Source of the DNA: a bacterium
Lineage (GTDB): Bacteria > Patescibacteriota > Patescibacteriia > UBA1558 > UBA10009
Direction: 5' to 3'
Assembly (NCBI GenBank): GCA_018672055.1
Contig: JABHGM010000001.1
Location: 353,404-417,403, forward strand
Length of the DNA: 64,000 nucleotides
The notes under the pieces were generated by a model. That model did not search any database, was not told the DNA's origin, and saw only the letters and a list, made by a program, of their open reading frames with translations. Positions 51,696 to 61,399 of this stretch are shown piece by piece; the first letter of the stretch is position 1; each line of letters begins with the position of its first letter. The translations under genes and the position numbers were made by a program.

Positions 51696-51769
51696 ATAAC
51701 TAATTTTAGGTAAATTTTCAACTTGATTTATTTAATCATTCTGATATAATAATCATATTATATAAATAT

Positions 51770-52150
51770 ATGAGTGATAAGAAATCTACAATTTTGCTTA
51801 TTGAAGATGAAGAAATGCTATCTAATATGTATGAGATTAAGTTTGTTAAAGAAGGTTACCAAGTTAAGAAAGCTTTAGACGGAGAAATTGGCTTTAAAAT
51901 GGCTTCTGAAGGAGTTAAACCTGATTTAATACTACTTGATATAATAATGCCTAAATTAGACGGTTTTACAGTGCTTAAGAATTTAAAAGCAAATGCTAGT
52001 ACCAAAGATATTCCTGTTATCCTATTAACTAATTTAGGACAGGATGAAGATATTAAAAAAGGTAATAAGCTAGGAGCTACTGGTTATTTAATTAAAGCTA
52101 ATTTAACTCCAGCTCAAGTAGTTGAAAAAATTAAAGAAGTATTAAAATAA
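51770..52150 (+). CDS. Single-domain response regulator (receiver only)
   Basis: LLIEDE, LLDIIMPKLDG, LLTN, YLIK. Confidence 0.93.
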   Translation: MSDKKSTILLIEDEEMLSNMYEIKFVKEGYQVKKALDGEIGFKMASEGVKPDLILLDIIMPKLDGFTVLKNLKANASTKDIPVILLTNLGQDEDIKKGNKLGATGYLIKANLTPAQVVEKIKEVLK

Positions 52151-52157
52151 TAAATAT

Positions 52158-52607
52158 ATGGAAAAAACATTAATAATAATTAAACCTGATGCTCTTCAAA
52201 GAAATTTAGTTGGAGAAATATTAACTCGTTTTGAAAAAAAAGGCTTAAAAGTCGTTGGTATGAAAATGATGGAGCTTGATGATTTAAAATTAGAAGAACA
52301 TTATGCTCATATTAAGGATAAACCATTTTTCGGAGATATTAAAAAATATATGAAAAGCTCTCCAGTTATTATTTTAGTTCTAGAAGGTACTCAAGTAATA
52401 GAAGCTTGCCGTATAATTTGTGGCTCAACTAAAGGTATAGAAGCTGATGCTGGTACAATACGTGGTGATCTAGCTATGAGTAATTTTAACTTAGTTCATG
52501 CTTCTGATTCCTTAAAATCATCTGAAGAAGAGATAAAGAGATTATTTAATGAAGATGAGTTATTTGACTATAGTAAGTTAGACACTATAATGATATATGA
52601 GGATTAA
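52158..52607 (+). CDS. ndk: Nucleoside diphosphate kinase
   Basis: TLIIIKPD, GTIRGD, NLVHASDS. Confidence 0.97.
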   Translation: MEKTLIIIKPDALQRNLVGEILTRFEKKGLKVVGMKMMELDDLKLEEHYAHIKDKPFFGDIKKYMKSSPVIILVLEGTQVIEACRIICGSTKGIEADAGTIRGDLAMSNFNLVHASDSLKSSEEEIKRLFNEDELFDYSKLDTIMIYED

Positions 52608-52991
52608 TTTGACCTTCAATTTAAAGTATGATAATATACTATTAATATGTTAAAAATAGCTGAAAATCCCATTTATTTTACAAACCAATACACTATTTGG
52701 GTTGTTAATCGTGGCTAGCTAGTTATATACATATAAATTATACAAGCTGGTCTCAAAAAAGGTCAGTTTTTTGAAAAAGTGGACATTAGGAACCTATATA
52801 TATTAATTAGTTAATATTTACAGATTTTTAGTGTTCATACTAAAAATGATTATTTAAAATAAATAGAGGAGATAAGAAAGAATGAAAGATTCGGAATCTA
52901 AGAAAGAGAGTTACTTTAATGCAGGATTAAAGAAAAAATTTGAAGTTAACCGTTAAAATGAATAGCACAATAATCAACCCGGGAGAAAAAT

Positions 52992-53225
52992 ATGCAAGTC
53001 AATAATTTCTGTATAAGTGAAACTGATAATATAATCGCAGTAATTAAAAATTACCAGAATAAACTCTTAATAATAAGAGGTAATTTAACCAGAAAAGAAG
53101 CTAGAAAGCTTCCTGAATACAGAAAGGTTGCTAAGGTAATAAAAAGACAAAATAAAAGATTATTGACCATTAGAAAAAATGAGATAACCGAAATTGAAAA
53201 TTCATCTCAATCAATGTATGCATAA
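52992..53225 (+). CDS. Small basic hypothetical protein
   Basis: 77 aa, GGGAG RBS, followed by a terminator. Confidence 0.5.
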   Translation: MQVNNFCISETDNIIAVIKNYQNKLLIIRGNLTRKEARKLPEYRKVAKVIKRQNKRLLTIRKNEITEIENSSQSMYA

Positions 53226-53248
53226 TAATTAGGCATAAGTGATCTAAT

Positions 53249-53276
53249 AAACCCTGTAGTTTCTACAGGGTTTTTT
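53249..53276 (+). terminator. Intrinsic terminator
   Basis: aaaccctgtag-ttt-ctacagggtttttt. Confidence 0.85.
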
Positions 53277-53278
53277 AT

Positions 53279-53307
53279 TTGTCTTGATTATGTCAGCATG
53301 CTATACT
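53279..53307 (+). promoter_or_regulatory. Sigma70 promoter for the structured RNA
   Basis: TTGTCT-N17-TATACT with extended -10 TG; predicted start coincides with the 5' end of the closing stem. Confidence 0.6.
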
Positions 53308-53314
53308 TAATTAT

Positions 53315-53519
53315 GCCCTACTTAGTTTTGGCTGATTGAATCTCTACAACCTTTTTTCTGAGGGAGTTCTAAATCTTAAGGGGCCGTGGCCTCTTTTTGC
53401 GAACACCCAGCAACCGTAACGTAGGCTACATTAGTTTTAGTAGGTTAATAAACTTGATTAACTTATCTAGCCTGCGTGGTTCGTTTGGTTCTCAGGACTT
53501 TCAATCGCCCTAGTAGGGC
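53315..53519 (+). ncRNA. Candidate ~205-nt multibranch structured RNA (orphan ncRNA or cis-regulatory leader)
   Basis: Nested helices gccctact/agtagggc, gattgaa/ttcaatc, ttctgag/ctcagga, acgtaggcta/tagcctgcgt, gttaat/attaac; G-U pairs favour the + strand; GC-richer than flanks. Confidence 0.65.
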
Positions 53520-53547
53520 TTTAAGTTAAGCTAAAAATGTATAATTT

Positions 53548-53575
53548 TGTAATAAAACAAGTAATTTCACGTCTT
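53548..53575 (+). promoter_or_regulatory. Putative ECF promoter TGTAAT-N16-CGTCTT
   Basis: Third match to the motif at 3696 and 7013; lies 37 nt upstream of the ABC transporter ATG. Confidence 0.5.
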
Positions 53576-53612
53576 ATTTACTAGTAGGGTTTTAAATCCT
53601 ATTTTTTTATTT

Positions 53613-55373
53613 ATGAATAATAATACTAAAAAAACATTTAATACTTATTGGCAACATATAAAGAAATATAAGTTGTCAGGTTTTGTTATATTTATTTCTA
53701 TAATTATTGGAGTTATCACTAATATATGGGCTCCTTTGTTATATAAAAAGTTTTTTGATATTTTAACTGGTTCTATAACCGTTGTATCTCAAACTGATGC
53801 TTTAATAGAAATATTATATAATATTTTATTTATCTATTTACTTGGTTGGGTATTCTGGCGACTAGCTACTTTTACTAATAGTTATTTTCAAACTAAAATA
53901 ATGGCGGATTTAACTAATACTTGCTTTTCATATATTCATAAACATTCAATTACTTTTTTTAATAATAACTTTGTTGGTTCTCTAGTTAAACGAGTAAACC
54001 GTTTTTCTAGAGCTTTTGAAGGGATAGCCGATGCTTTAACTTGGGAACTATTACCTGCCTTAATTAATATAATAGCTGTTACATTAGTATTATTTTCTAG
54101 AAATTCAATATTGGGCTTAGCAATACTTATTTGGGTTACTATATATATAACAATTAATTATTTCTTTAGTAGGTTTAAGTTAAAATATGATATTGCTAGA
54201 AGTAAGATGGATTCTGTGGTTACTGGAGTTTTAGCTGATTCTATTACTAATCAATTAAATATTAAAATCTTTACTGGCTATGAACGTGAAAAGAAAAGGT
54301 ATAATAAAGTAATCACTAAACTTCAAAAGATGAGAAGATTTAGTTGGGATTTAGGAAATGCTTTCGAAGCTTTTCAAGTTCTTTTGATGATATTTTTAGA
54401 ATTAGCTATGTTTTACTTTGCTATTAAGCTTTGGCAAAAAGATTTAGTAACAGTTGGTGACTTTGTTTTAATTCAAGCTTATTTAATGACAATATTTAAA
54501 CAGTTATGGAGCTTTGGTAGGGTTATAAGACATTTTTATGAACATTTAGCTGATGCTGAAGAAATGACCGAGATACTTGAAACACCTCATGAAATACAAG
54601 ATATTGCTAGAGCTACAAATTTAGAAATTAAAAAAGGTATGATTGAATTTGATAATGTTGATTTTAGCTATCATAAGACACGTAAAGTAATTAAGAAACT
54701 TAATTTAATTATTAAGCCTCAAGAAAGGTTAGCTTTAGTTGGTGAATCTGGAAGTGGTAAATCTACTATTATTAATATATTACTTAGAAATTACGATATT
54801 AATTCAGGTGATATTAAAATAGATGATCAAACTATTGTTAAAGTTACGCAAGAAAGCTTAAGAAAAAATATTAGTATTGTTTCTCAAGAGCCTATTTTAT
54901 TTCATAGAACTCTTAAAGAAAATATTCGTTATGGTAAACCTAATGCTACTAACGCTGAAGTTTTTAAAGCAGCTAAACTTGCTCATTGTAATAGATTTAT
55001 ATCAGAATTCCCAGAAGGATATGATACTTTTGTTGGAGAGAGAGGAGTTAAATTATCTGGCGGTGAACGTCAGAGAGTTGCCATAGCTAGAGCTATTTTA
55101 AAAAATGCTCCTATCTTAATACTTGATGAAGCTACTTCAAGCTTAGATTCAGAGTCAGAAGAATTAATTCAAGATGCTCTTAACTCTTTAATGAAGGATA
55201 AGACAGTTATTGTTATAGCTCATAGATTGTCTACAATTATGAGAATGGATAGAATTATAGTTTTGAAAAAAGGTAAGGTTATAGAGCAGGGAAGTCATTC
55301 TGAATTAATTAAAAAAAGAGAAGGTGTTTATAATAGGTTATGGACAAAACAGATTGGTGGATTTATAGCTTAA
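53613..55373 (+). CDS. ABC exporter, fused permease/ATPase (MsbA/ABCB-like)
   Basis: 6-TM domain, GESGSGKS, LSGGERQR, ILDEATS, IAHRLST. Confidence 0.95.
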   Translation: MNNNTKKTFNTYWQHIKKYKLSGFVIFISIIIGVITNIWAPLLYKKFFDILTGSITVVSQTDALIEILYNILFIYLLGWVFWRLATFTNSYFQTKIMADLTNTCFSYIHKHSITFFNNNFVGSLVKRVNRFSRAFEGIADALTWELLPALINIIAVTLVLFSRNSILGLAILIWVTIYITINYFFSRFKLKYDIARSKMDSVVTGVLADSITNQLNIKIFTGYEREKKRYNKVITKLQKMRRFSWDLGNAFEAFQVLLMIFLELAMFYFAIKLWQKDLVTVGDFVLIQAYLMTIFKQLWSFGRVIRHFYEHLADAEEMTEILETPHEIQDIARATNLEIKKGMIEFDNVDFSYHKTRKVIKKLNLIIKPQERLALVGESGSGKSTIINILLRNYDINSGDIKIDDQTIVKVTQESLRKNISIVSQEPILFHRTLKENIRYGKPNATNAEVFKAAKLAHCNRFISEFPEGYDTFVGERGVKLSGGERQRVAIARAILKNAPILILDEATSSLDSESEELIQDALNSLMKDKTVIVIAHRLSTIMRMDRIIVLKKGKVIEQGSHSELIKKREGVYNRLWTKQIGGFIA

Positions 55374-55378
55374 ATAAA

Positions 55379-55409
55379 AAAAGACATAAAGTTAACTTTA
55401 TGTCTTTTT
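55379..55409. terminator. Bidirectional terminator
   Basis: aaaagacataaag-ttaa-ctttatgtcttttt. Confidence 0.85.
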
Positions 55410-55421
55410 AGTTATAAAAAG

Positions 55422-55598
55422 TTATTTATTTTTCTTTGCTTCATTCTTAATACAAGTAGTACATACTTTTTTACGTACACCATCTATTTTTTTACTTTGT
55501 AGGTTTATATGAATCATTCTTTTTGTCTTAATATTTGAATGACTTTTTTTAATACCTGATCTAGGGCCTTTACCGCAGATTGAACATCTTCTACTCAT
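55422..55598 (-). CDS. rpmB: 50S ribosomal protein L28 (zinc-ribbon type), below the ORF track cutoff
   Basis: 58 aa: MSRRCSICGKGPRSGIKKSHSNIKTKRMIHINLQSKKIDGVRKKVCTTCIKNEAKKNK. Confidence 0.95.
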   Translation of the reverse strand: MSRRCSICGKGPRSGIKKSHSNIKTKRMIHINLQSKKIDGVRKKVCTTCIKNEAKKNK

Positions 55599-55673
55599 AT
55601 TATTGATAATTAGTATTATTTAATATATAATGGAGAAAGTTTATATTAATTTATTATATTTGTCAAGACTACT

Positions 55674-56309
55674 ATGATGTTATCATTACTTAATGAACAA
55701 CCTATATTATTCCTAGCCTGGTTACTCGCTATTTTTTATGGTATCACTGTACATGAATTTGCTCATGCTTGGGCAGCTTCTTGGCAAGGTGATGATACTG
55801 CTAAATCACTTGGACGCTTAACTCTTAATCCTTTATCTCATATTGATATTTTTGGACTCTTAATGTTAGTGCTAGCAGGTTTTGGTTGGGGTAAACCGGT
55901 CCCAGTAAATAAGTCCAATCTTAAAAATGGCAAGGTTAGTGATAATCTAGTATCTTTAGCTGGAATATTTACTAATTTAGTAAGCTTAGTTATATTTGGT
56001 ATTATTTTAAAACTATTAATACTATATTCTTCATTTGGACCTAATAACTTACTAATTAATTTCTTATTCATGTTAATGATGATTAATTTAGTCCTAGCTA
56101 TCTTTAATATAATACCTATTCCACCACTTGATGGTTCACATGTTCTATTTAATACATTACCTGATAAGTACAATAATTTTAAGATAACCTTAGCTCAGAA
56201 TGGTCCTTTTATATTACTGGGTTTAATTATTGCTGATAATTTTTTAAATATTAATATATTTAGTTCTTTCTTTAGTTTTTTTATTAATTTATTATATAAA
56301 TTCTTTTAA
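55674..56309 (+). CDS. Site-2 protease (M50 family)
   Basis: HEFAH, GRLTLNPLSHID, FGWGKPVPV, FNIIPIPPLDG. Confidence 0.95.
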   Translation: MMLSLLNEQPILFLAWLLAIFYGITVHEFAHAWAASWQGDDTAKSLGRLTLNPLSHIDIFGLLMLVLAGFGWGKPVPVNKSNLKNGKVSDNLVSLAGIFTNLVSLVIFGIILKLLILYSSFGPNNLLINFLFMLMMINLVLAIFNIIPIPPLDGSHVLFNTLPDKYNNFKITLAQNGPFILLGLIIADNFLNINIFSSFFSFFINLLYKFF

Positions 56310-56372
56310 ATTGACTTAGGGTATATTAGATGATAGGCTGGATATAACGTACATAATAATTTAGGAGAAATT

Positions 56373-56561
56373 ATGACAGTAATAATAATTTTATTTGTTA
56401 TTGCTATAAATTTAGCAGTGTGGATTAGTATTCAAATTAAAAACCTAATAATAGTAGAGATACCAAGAATAGTATTCACTGAAACACCGAAATCATGTGA
56501 TTTTAAATTTATATCTCGTAAGGTTAATAAACTGAATTTAAACCCGAATTTAAACCCATAG
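56373..56561 (+). CDS. Small single-TM hypothetical protein
   Basis: AGGAG RBS, upstream TTGACT box, terminator hairpin at the stop. Confidence 0.5.
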   Translation: MTVIIILFVIAINLAVWISIQIKNLIIVEIPRIVFTETPKSCDFKFISRKVNKLNLNPNLNP

Positions 56562-56733
56562 AAATGTGGGTTTTTTTATTACTCTTGACTTAAATATAGA
56601 TATTTGTTAATATATCATCAAGTTGAAAAAAGGTTCCAATTTTACAACTTATATAATATGTGTAGCTGATAACTGTCCACTATTGACTAGTTATCTTTTT
56701 TATTATACAATACTGTTTATTAATACAAATAAT

Positions 56734-57162
56734 ATGCCTACAGTCAGTCAATTAATTAGAAAACCTAGAAAATCCGCTAAGAGTAAGCCTAAAACTCCTG
56801 CTTTGAGGTTTAGACAAAATACTCTTAAAAGAAGTAAAACAGAAGAGCCTAAAGGGTCTCCTTTTAAACGTGGAGTATGTGTTAAAGTTACTACTACTAC
56901 ACCTAAGAAACCTAACTCAGCTCTTCGTAAAATTGCTAGAGTTCGTTTATCAAATGGTATGGAAGTTACAGCATATATCCCAGGTATGGGTCATAATCTA
57001 CAAGAGCATTCAATTGTAATGGTTAAAGGTGGTAGAACTAAGGATTTATCCGGTGTTCGTTATAAAGTAGTTAGAGGAAGATATGATGCTCAAGGTGTTG
57101 ATGGTAGAAAACAAAGCAGATCTTCATATGGTACTAAAAAAGAAAAAGCTAAGAAATCTTAA
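56734..57162 (+). CDS. rpsL: 30S ribosomal protein S12
   Basis: [10 protein letters not shown] start at 56734, [18 protein letters not shown]. Confidence 0.98.
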   Translation: MPTVSQLIRKPRKSAKSKPKTPALRFRQNTLKRSKTEEPKGSPFKRGVCVKVTTTTPKKPNSALRKIARVRLSNGMEVTAYIPGMGHNLQEHSIVMVKGGRTKDLSGVRYKVVRGRYDAQGVDGRKQSRSSYGTKKEKAKKS

Positions 57163-57175
57163 GTGATATAATATT

Positions 57176-57655
57176 ATGAGAGGAAGTAATAAAAATTTCA
57201 AACGTAAAATTGATCCAGATCCAAAGTTCAATAATATTGATATTGCTAAATTCATTAATTACATTATGAAAGGTGGTAAGAAAACTACTGCTCGTCGTGT
57301 AGTTTATGATGCTTTTGATATGGTTTCAGATAAAACTAAAGGTGATTCATTAGAAATATTTGAAAGAGCTATCCAAAATATTGGACCTACTTTAGAAGTA
57401 AAGGGTAGAAGAATTGGTGGTGCTAATTATCAGATACCTTTTGTTGTTTCTCCTGAACGTAAATTAATTTTAGCATATAGATGGTTAATTAAAGCTTCTC
57501 AAGCTAAAAAAGGTAAACCTATGTCAGCTAAACTAGCTGATGAAATAGTAGCAGCTTCAAATAATGAAGGTGACGCTGTTAAGAAAAAAGAAGATACTCA
57601 CAGAATGGCTGAAGCAAATAAAGCTTTTGCTCATTTTGCTAGATCTAGAAGATAA
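57176..57655 (+). CDS. rpsG: 30S ribosomal protein S7
   Basis: KFINYIMKGGKK, RRIGGANYQIP, HRMAEANKAFAH. Confidence 0.98.
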   Translation: MRGSNKNFKRKIDPDPKFNNIDIAKFINYIMKGGKKTTARRVVYDAFDMVSDKTKGDSLEIFERAIQNIGPTLEVKGRRIGGANYQIPFVVSPERKLILAYRWLIKASQAKKGKPMSAKLADEIVAASNNEGDAVKKKEDTHRMAEANKAFAHFARSRR

Positions 57656-57671
57656 TTAATTTTTAAATACT

Positions 57672-59753
57672 ATGCCAGAAGAATATCCAATAGATAAATA
57701 TCGTAACATTGGAATTATTGCTCATATTGATGCAGGTAAAACAACTGTAACTGAGCGTATTTTATATTACACCGGTAAAAAACATAAGATCGGTGAAGTT
57801 CATGAAGGTGAAGCTGAAATGGATTGGATGGAACAAGAACAAGAAAGAGGAATTACCATTACTTCAGCTGCTACTACATGTTTTTGGAATGATTGTCGTA
57901 TTAATATCATTGATACTCCAGGACATATTGATTTTACTGCTGAAGTACAAAGATCACTCCGTGTTTTAGATGGTGGGGTTACTGTTTTTGATGGTGTGGC
58001 TGGTGTTGAGCCTCAATCTGAGACTGTATGGCATCAAGCTGAAAAATTTAGCTTACCTCAATTATGTTTTATTAATAAGATGGATAGAATGGGTGCTGAT
58101 TTTTATAAAGATTTAGAATCAATTGATGCACGTTTAACTAAAAAAGCTTATCCTATTCAATTACCTATTGGTGCAGCTGAAACATTTGAAGGTATTATAG
58201 ATATTTTAACCCGTAGAGCCTATTATTATAAAGATGATATGGGTAAAGAAATAGAAGAAACTGATGTACCTGAGGATATGAAAGATAAAGTAGAAGAATA
58301 TAGAGCTAAGTTAATTGAAGCAGTTGCTGAAAATGATGAAGATTTAATGAATAAGTATTTAGATGGTCAAGAGTTAGAAATTGATGAAATTAAAAAAGTT
58401 TTAAGAAAAGCAGTACTAGCCTATGAAATGTTTCCTGTATTATGTGGTAGTGCTTTAAAAAACAAAGGTGTCCAATATTTATTAGACGCTGTTGTTGAAT
58501 ATTTACCATCACCTGTAGACGTTCCTGATATTGAAGGTTTTGAATCTGGTGATGAAGAAACTAAATTAACTCGTAAAGCTGATATAACTGAACCTTTTGC
58601 TGCACTTGCCTTTAAAATAGCTACTGACCCTTTTGTTGGTAAGTTAGCTTTTTTTAGAGTTTATTCTGGTACCTTAAAATCAGGTTCTTATCTATACAAT
58701 TCATCTACTGGTAAAAGAGAAAGAGTTGGTAGAATACTTTTAATGCATGCTAATAGCAGAGAAGAAATCGATGAAGCAAAAGCAGGGGATATAGCTGCTG
58801 CTGTTGGTTTAAAAAATACTGTAACTGGTAATACATTATGTGATGAAGATAATCAAATTGTTTTAGAAAATATTAATTTTCCAGATCCAGTTATTTCTAT
58901 TGCTGTTGAACCTAAAACAAAACAGGATCAAGAAAAAATGGGTATGGCCTTACAAAAACTATCAGAAGAAGATCCTACTTTCCAAGTTAAAACAGATGAA
59001 GAAACCTTACAGACTATTATTTCAGGAATGGGTGAGCTTCACTTAGAGATTATTATTGATCGTATGAAACGTGAGTTTAATGTTGAATGTAATGTTGGAC
59101 AACCTCAAGTCGCTTATAGAGAAACTATCAAAAAACTTGCTGAAGCTGAAGGTAAATATATTCGTCAGTCAGGTGGTCGTGGTCAATATGGTCATTGTTG
59201 GATTAGAGTAGAACCACAAGAAGCTGGCAAAGGTTTTGAATTTGATGATGAAATAAAAGGTGGTGCAATTCCTAAAGAATATATCCCAGCTATTGGTAAA
59301 GGTATTAAAGAAGCTGCTGATAATGGCGTACTTGCTGGTTATCAAGTTATTGATTTTAAAGCTACAGTATATGATGGTTCATTTCATGATGTTGATTCAT
59401 CTGAATCTGCATTTAAAATTGCTGGTTCAATGGCTTTTCAAGAAGCTGTTAAAAAAGCAAGTATTATCTTACTTGAACCAATGATGAAGATTGAAGTAAT
59501 TACTCCTGAAGAATTTATGGGTGATGTAATTGGTGATTTAAATTCAAAGAGAGGTCAAATTAATGAGATGACTGAAAGAGGTAATATGAAAGTAGTTGAT
59601 GGTATGGTACCACTTGCATCTATGTTTGGTTATGCAACTTCTTTAAGATCCCTAACTCAGGGTAGAGCTAGTTATTCAATGGAATTTGATAAATATACTG
59701 AAGTTCCTAAAAATGTTGAAGAGAAGATTAAAGAATCAAGAGGTAAGGAATAA
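57672..59753 (+). CDS. fusA: Elongation factor G
   Basis: [30 protein letters not shown]. Confidence 0.99.
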   Translation: MPEEYPIDKYRNIGIIAHIDAGKTTVTERILYYTGKKHKIGEVHEGEAEMDWMEQEQERGITITSAATTCFWNDCRINIIDTPGHIDFTAEVQRSLRVLDGGVTVFDGVAGVEPQSETVWHQAEKFSLPQLCFINKMDRMGADFYKDLESIDARLTKKAYPIQLPIGAAETFEGIIDILTRRAYYYKDDMGKEIEETDVPEDMKDKVEEYRAKLIEAVAENDEDLMNKYLDGQELEIDEIKKVLRKAVLAYEMFPVLCGSALKNKGVQYLLDAVVEYLPSPVDVPDIEGFESGDEETKLTRKADITEPFAALAFKIATDPFVGKLAFFRVYSGTLKSGSYLYNSSTGKRERVGRILLMHANSREEIDEAKAGDIAAAVGLKNTVTGNTLCDEDNQIVLENINFPDPVISIAVEPKTKQDQEKMGMALQKLSEEDPTFQVKTDEETLQTIISGMGELHLEIIIDRMKREFNVECNVGQPQVAYRETIKKLAEAEGKYIRQSGGRGQYGHCWIRVEPQEAGKGFEFDDEIKGGAIPKEYIPAIGKGIKEAADNGVLAGYQVIDFKATVYDGSFHDVDSSESAFKIAGSMAFQEAVKKASIILLEPMMKIEVITPEEFMGDVIGDLNSKRGQINEMTERGNMKVVDGMVPLASMFGYATSLRSLTQGRASYSMEFDKYTEVPKNVEEKIKESRGKE

Positions 59754-59772
59754 TTTAAATATATCATATAAT

Positions 59773-59800
59773 AAACCCTGCCTCGTTAGGCAGGGTTTTT
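59773..59800 (+). terminator. Intrinsic terminator ending the str operon after fusA
   Basis: aaaccctgcct-cgtt-aggcagggttttt. Confidence 0.88.
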
Positions 59801-59838
59801 AAGTAGAATAATATGTGCTATAATAAATTAACAAAATT

Positions 59839-60210
59839 ATGAAGAAATTACTTACAATAATGGCAATATTATACTTTATTTCTATAATATTAATGCCACT
59901 TGCTATGCCTAACTGTGGAACCAATGGTTTTCATATGGGCTTTATGGCTGAGAATAATTTTTGTGGTGGTGGTATGGATTTAACTCATATTTCATTTATG
60001 AGAAGTTTAATATTTATTAATTTTATTGTTTCATTTGTTACAATATTTTTTATTTTATTTAAGCAGAGTGTTTTTTCAATAATAAATAATATTAAAGATA
60101 ACTTTAAGATAACTTTAAAACAATTTAATATCTCATATCTGATGAAACCATTTGATAGATTATTGCTGGCATACTCATCGGGTATTATTGAAAATAAGAC
60201 ATTCTGCTAA
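59839..60210 (+). CDS. Small Cys/His/Met-containing membrane protein heading the metal operon (possible leader ORF)
   Basis: Signal-like N-terminus, MPNC..GFHMGFM...C...M...H loop, TM helix, C-terminal LLAYSSGIIENKTF. Confidence 0.65.
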   Translation: MKKLLTIMAILYFISIILMPLAMPNCGTNGFHMGFMAENNFCGGGMDLTHISFMRSLIFINFIVSFVTIFFILFKQSVFSIINNIKDNFKITLKQFNISYLMKPFDRLLLAYSSGIIENKTFC

Positions 60211-60251
60211 CATCTTTTAATTATTTTAATTAATCATTAATAACTAAATTT

Positions 60252-60980
60252 ATGTTAGATAATAAACAGAGTGTTTTTTCTTTAATGAAACCAACAACTC
60301 TAATAATAACCGGTATCATTGTTGGTATCTTAGTAGCTTCTACAATAGGTTTTGTAGTCATGCTAGCCAAAGGTACAGATGATAGTAAAAAAACAACTAT
60401 TAATAATGTTGAAGATAATAATATAGCTCCTACGCCTCAAGCACCAGTAGCTGGTAGGAAAGATGTTGTAATTAATTCAGGTGATCATATATTAGGTGAT
60501 CCTAATGCACCTGTTAAGATTGTAGAATTTTCTGATTTTGAGTGTCCTTTCTGTAGCAGACATCATCCAACCTTAAAACAAGTTATGCAAGAATATGGTG
60601 ATCAAGTAGCTTGGGTATACAAGCATTTTCCGCTAGATTCAATTCATAAGGAAGCTCGTCCTGCTGCTGAGGCCTCTGAATGTGTAGCTGACCAATTGGG
60701 TGAAGAGGGTTTCTGGAATTTTACTGATACTATGTTTGCCAACCAAAGAAGTTTAGGTAGCAGTTATTACAAAGAAGTAGCCAGTGAATTAGGTGCTGAT
60801 CTTGATGAATTTAATAATTGTGTTAGTACTGGAAAATTTGCAGATAAAGTAGAGGATGATTACCAACAAGGTTTAAATTTAGGTGTAACTGGTACTCCTG
60901 GTAATTTCATTAATGGTATTGAAGTTAAAGGCGCTATACCATTTGCCACTCTTAAACAAATAATTGATTCAGAATTATAA
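60252..60980 (+). CDS. DsbA-family thiol-disulfide oxidoreductase
   Basis: EFSDFECPFC, YKHFPL..H, AAEASEC, GVTGTP. Confidence 0.93.
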   Translation: MLDNKQSVFSLMKPTTLIITGIIVGILVASTIGFVVMLAKGTDDSKKTTINNVEDNNIAPTPQAPVAGRKDVVINSGDHILGDPNAPVKIVEFSDFECPFCSRHHPTLKQVMQEYGDQVAWVYKHFPLDSIHKEARPAAEASECVADQLGEEGFWNFTDTMFANQRSLGSSYYKEVASELGADLDEFNNCVSTGKFADKVEDDYQQGLNLGVTGTPGNFINGIEVKGAIPFATLKQIIDSEL

Positions 60981-60990
60981 AATTAACTAT

Positions 60991-61386
60991 ATGAATAAAC
61001 AATCATTAATCTTAATAATAATTACATTAATTGCCGTAACTTCTCTTGCAGCTTTAGTAATTTTCCCAAATTATTTCATCTATCGTTTTATGGGGCCAGA
61101 AGGCATGCATGAACATATGACTAAAGTTCGTGAGTATGGTATTCATATGGCTGGGGAAAGAGGGGAATACAATTGTTGCATTGAACCTGATTGTACTATG
61201 TGCTATTCAGAAGGTAATAAATGGAATTATGGCAAAGCTGGTACTTGTGCTTGTGATGATTTTATTGCTCGCGGTGAAGAGCCTTGTCCTCAATGTGCTA
61301 GGGCTTTAGATTGTAGTAGTGATGAGGAAGGTCCAGAGCATGATGGATCAGAAGATCCTGAAGTATGTGTAATTGACTTAGAATAA
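60991..61386 (+). CDS. Membrane-anchored Cys-rich putative metal-binding protein
   Basis: TM helix, MHEHM, CC...C..C, CAC, CPQC; ATG start at 60991. Confidence 0.7.
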   Translation: MNKQSLILIIITLIAVTSLAALVIFPNYFIYRFMGPEGMHEHMTKVREYGIHMAGERGEYNCCIEPDCTMCYSEGNKWNYGKAGTCACDDFIARGEEPCPQCARALDCSSDEEGPEHDGSEDPEVCVIDLE

Positions 61387-61399
61387 CTAATATATAGAA

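Noticed and set aside
53315-53519. RNase P RNA on the minus strand (gaaagtcc) or a retron msr-msd
   Set aside because: Full GAGGAAAGUCC and CR-V motifs are absent, G-U pairs favour the + strand, and there is no reverse transcriptase nearby
56623-56733. N-terminal extension of S12 in the ORF track
   Set aside because: The canonical MPT start is at 56734; the upstream part is untranslated leader
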